Position numbers and translations under genes: made by a program. Under the pieces are notes generated by a model. That model worked only from the letters and a program-made list of their open reading frames with translations, searched no databases and was not told where the DNA came from. From assembly GCA_036785375.1 (NCBI GenBank), contig JAWMAR010000048.1:6510001-6574000 (forward strand): 64,000 bases of DNA, in the 5' to 3' direction. This stretch comes from Leucoraja ocellata (Eukaryota). Positions 60,373 through 64,000 of this stretch are shown piece by piece (positions within the stretch are counted from its first letter, which is position 1; each line of letters opens with the position of its first letter).

Positions 60373-62366
60373 TTCATCATGTGTGAACACAATGACATGG
60401 TGGGGAAACGGCAAAGGTTGGTAGACCCCAACCAAATCCCTGTACATCGGGCAATTGTGGCATCAATCAGGCTACTTTGCTAATCCTCACTTTAGATCCA
60501 GCCAGCACCTTATTATAACCTCTGCCAGCCAAGCACCCAAAGGCGAGAAGTTCCATTCTCCTTATTGATACATTGATATATTTAAGAGGGAGTTAGATGT
60601 GGCCCTTGTGGCTAAAGGTATCAGGGGGTATGGAGAGAGGCAGGTACAGGATACTGAGTTGGATGATCAACCATGATCATACTGAATGGCAGTGCAGGTT
60701 CGAAGGGCCGAATGGCCTACTCCTGCACCTATTTTCTATGTTTCTATGTTTCAAAGGGTACGAGTTTTTAAAATTAATTATTGCATTCCCCATTATCCAA
60801 TCCTACACGTGTAGATGCTGGTTAATACACAAAAGGACACAAGGTGCAGGAGTAACTCAGCGGGCCAGACAGCATCTCCGGAGAACATGGGCAGGCGATG
60901 TTGCAGGTCAAGACTCAACCCTGATGAGTTACTCCAGCATTTTGTGTCTCTCCAAGGCTATTGCAGCCACTTTGACGTTGAGGAGTCGTTATAAAGTAAA
61001 CATGAGTTGTATTTCTGCAATTCCATTCACGGCTTTAGTGAATGTTCTTTAGAACATTCTTTGGAACATGGAAGAGCACAGCACAGGAATAGGCCCTTCA
61101 GCCCACAGTATCCAGAACATGGCTTTAGTGACTTCAATCCCATTGGATTTCATTGGAGACTCTCAGACAATCTTTAATTGGGTTTTATCTTGCACTAAAT
61201 GTTATTCCCTTGGTTATGTATCTGTACACTGTGGATGGCTCGAATGTAAATCATGAGTTGTTTTTCTGCTGACTGGTTAGCACACAACAAAAGCTTTTCA
61301 CTGTACATCGGTACACTAAAAATAAACTAAACTACAATAAACTAAACTAAACTAAACAAACCTCCTGCAAACATCGACAGGTTGTGAAGTGGAGATCATC
61401 ACAGGTTGCAACTGATGCTTCCTCTTCTAAACAGAACATAATTTTACATAATTCCACTTTTGGCAGCTCTACCTCCACCTACCACATAATTCTTCTTATA
61501 TGCTCTGACCTTCTCCTATTTGGACATTATGTACTGGTTACCAGAACAATTTAACAATGTGCTTTCTTTTCATTGTGTTAGTTTTCTTTCATAAGCATTG
61601 AAACAGGATAAATGTTAGATTTGATGTTGATTTGTTCTGGTAATAATGGCTTAGCTGTTGTTTCCGAAGCATTTCATAAACCTTGCAGTATATTGCTCTG
61701 ACCTGTATCCAGCATTACTTCTTACAGAACTATTTATCTTATGACATTTGGCATGTTGCTATTTGTGTGAAATATGTTGTGAAAGAACAAATTCCCCAGC
61801 CCCATTAAGCAAGTTGGATCTGATCTCCGTAACTAAGTGAACACGCAAGGGAGAACCGCAACTGATCGCAATATTCTTGTAAAAATGGCAAAGCCACAGT
61901 GTTGTGACAGTACTTGTAGGAACGTCCATGGAAGGTAAGGTTGTGTCGAATAGGAAGATTATAGACCCATTAGACTGCAGATGCTAGAATCCTGAGCAAA
62001 AAAAATAACAAACTTCCGGAGGAACTGAGCATCTGTGACGGAAAATGGAGAACTTCTAATTCTGAAGAAGGGTCCCAACCAGAAATGTTATCCATCCGTT
62101 TGCCTGTACAGATGCTGCCTGACCCATTGAGTTCCTTGCACAGTTTATTATTTGCTTCAGATTCCAGCAACTGCAGTTCTCCAAACTCTCATCTAATGAA
62201 ATGACCCCCAAATTAAAATTCTTCCTTGGCCTAAAACTCTGATTGTTAACGAGGATGACACATTTGCACCAATACGGACAGACTGTGGCCTGTGGATGAG
62301 GAAGTTGAGGATGCAATTGCAGAGGGATGCGCAGAGATCCAGACCTGAGAGCTTGGTAACCAGCTT

Positions 62367-62961
62367 CAAGTCAAGTCAAGTCAAGTCAAGTCAAGTCAAG
62401 TCAAGTCAAGTTTATTTGTCACATACACATACGAGATGTGCAGTGAAATGAAAGTGGCGATGCTCGCGGACTTTTGTGCAAAAAGACAAACAACCAAACA
62501 AACTATAAACACAATCATGACACACATATACCTTTACATAATAAATAATGGAAGGAAAAACGTTCAGTAGAGTTAGTCCCTGGTGAGATAGGCATTTACA
62601 GTCCAAATGGCCTCTGGGAAGAAACTCCTTCTTAACCTCTCCGTTCTCACCGCATGGCAACGGAGGCGTTTGCCTGACCGTAGCAGCTGGAACAGTCCAT
62701 TGCAGGGGTGGAAGGGGTCTTTCATGATATTGTTGGCTCTGGAGTTGCACCTCCTGATGTATAGTTCCTGCAGGGGGGCAAGTGAAGTTCCCATAGTGCG
62801 TTCGGCCGAATGCACTACCCTCTGCAGAGCCTTCTTGTCCTTGACAGAGCAATTCCCAAACCAGATGGTAATGTTCCCCGTCAAGATGCTTCCCACCGCC
62901 GCTGCGTAGAAGCACTGGAGGATCCTCGGAGACACTCTGAATTTCCTCAATTGCCTGAGGC
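62367..62961 (-). mobile_element. Young Rex1/Babar LINE 3' fragment with (CTTGA)n tail
   Basis: ORF 62573..62989 LRQLRKF...FY...SILTGNITIWFGNC...ALQRVVHSAE...DPFHP...LFQLLRSGKRLR...RLRRSFFP; perfect (tcaag)n at 62367-62410. Confidence 0.9.
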
Positions 62962-63209
62962 TTGGAGGGGATGATGGTATTAAATTCACAGATGTGACCT
63001 TTGATTAAATTTTTAAGTTTTCACTTACTGTTTATTTCAAAGTTTAGTGGGCCTGAGCTTAAGGGTCACCAGTGATAAACCTATTAAAGAATTGAGGAGG
63101 CATTTCTTCGTGCAGAGAGTGTTCAGAATGTGAGTGATACCAGGGTGAAGGAAGGGCTGAGCAGTATAACACAAGCATTTCATGTGGATAGTGGATAACT
63201 ACAAGAGGG

Positions 63210-63400
63210 AGTTGGCAGAGCTGCCGTGTCACTGCGCTGGAGTCCCACATTCAATCCTGACCTCAGGAGCTATCTGTGTGGAGTTTGCACGTTAACCCTG
63301 TGACCGGGTGGGTTTCCTCCAGGTGCTCTGGTTTCCATCAACATTCCAAAGGCTTGTTGGTTGATTGGCCCTCTGTAAATTACCCCTAGTGTGTGAGATG
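63210..63400 (+). mobile_element. V-SINE, cut at its 3' part by an LTR element
   Basis: tgtgtggagtttgcacgtt...gtgggtttcctccaggtgctctggtttcc V-domain. Confidence 0.75.
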
Positions 63401-63405
63401 ACATA

Positions 63406-63613
63406 TGTAAATTGGTTATTGCATGTGAACCAATCAGAGTAATGTACTGACACTAACTCCACCTTACTGTACACTTTATATTAACACTCACTTCCCATAT
63501 TACGTAGTTACACTGGTGGTAGAGATGAACTAACAATGTATTGTACTGTATCATTATAACCGATGATTAAAGCTGACTTTGAACACCAGACTGTGTCTGT
63601 ACAGTTGTCTACA
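63406..63613 (+). mobile_element. 5' LTR of a Gypsy-type retrotransposon (about 208 bp)
   Basis: TGTA...TACA ends, CCAAT (about 63430), TATA-like tttatattaa (about 63475), ATTAAA (about 63565), directly followed by PBS TGGTGTCAGAA (complementary to the tRNA-Leu 3' end). Confidence 0.75.
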
Positions 63614-63696
63614 TGGTGTCAGAATAGCTGGAAGTTACCCATTGCATCTGTCGATTGGTTTTATTTGCATTTTATTAGTCTTGATCTTTTACTCCG

Positions 63697-64000
63697 ATGG
63701 CTCACTCGTGCCGCAAACCAACACAGCTCATCTTTGATGCAGACATAGGCGAGCGATGGAGGCTCTTTGAAATTGACTATGATCACTACATCAATATCGT
63801 CCATCGCAATGATCCAGATGAAGTCAAGGCATCGCTCCTGCTCAACCTAGCTGGACCCGAGGCTATGATTCGCGCGCAAACCTTCGACCTTGTGCAAGCG
63901 GTGCTCGATGGGAACGGCCAGGCGGTGGTCCCAGCTGAGACGATGCGCAACCCTAAAGGGCTGCTACGTAAATTCCGTGAGCTATGTGACCTGCCATCGA
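63697..64000 (+). CDS. Gypsy/Ty3 gag N-terminus, open to the window edge
   Basis: MAHSCRKPTQLIFDADIGERWRLFEIDYDHYINIVHRNDPDEVKASLLLNLAGPEAMIRAQTF...LLRKFRELCDLPS; no stop in 101 codons; W..F...Y / K..LL...G.EA / L..KF...C pattern of Gypsy gag. Confidence 0.75.
   Translation, partial: MAHSCRKPTQLIFDADIGERWRLFEIDYDHYINIVHRNDPDEVKASLLLNLAGPEAMIRAQTFDLVQAVLDGNGQAVVPAETMRNPKGLLRKFRELCDLPS

Overview
Eukaryotic (vertebrate) genomic DNA; the repeat content (V-SINEs, CR1, Rex/Babar, Penelope-like elements, Harbinger-type MITEs) points to a cartilaginous fish, probably a skate or ray (inference). The left half holds 17 coding exons of SMURF1 (+ strand, 5768-30134; C2, two WW and HECT domains; coding exon 1 lies upstream of the window), followed by a ~7 kb repeat-poor stretch that is probably a long 3' UTR. 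Next come an intronless urotensin-II receptor family GPCR (- strand, 43718-44752) and two near-identical single-coding-exon UDP-glycosyltransferase genes (+ strand, 52122-53750 and 58201-59811) separated by a 203-N assembly gap. The window ends inside an apparently intact Gypsy-type LTR retrotransposon (LTR, tRNA-Leu PBS, open gag). Most interesting observations: (1) the UGT pair is homogenised only over the coding exon, with divergence concentrated in the acceptor-binding segment, a change in the sugar-donor signature, and dilysine tails read from different frames; (2) many Penelope-derived repeats carry hammerhead-ribozyme-like cores, including copies just downstream of both UGT stops; (3) SMURF1 keeps a SMURF2-like remnant of the lost WW1 domain. 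No prokaryotic-type system (CRISPR, operon) is supported. All alignments and counts were made by eye; repeat boundaries are approximate.
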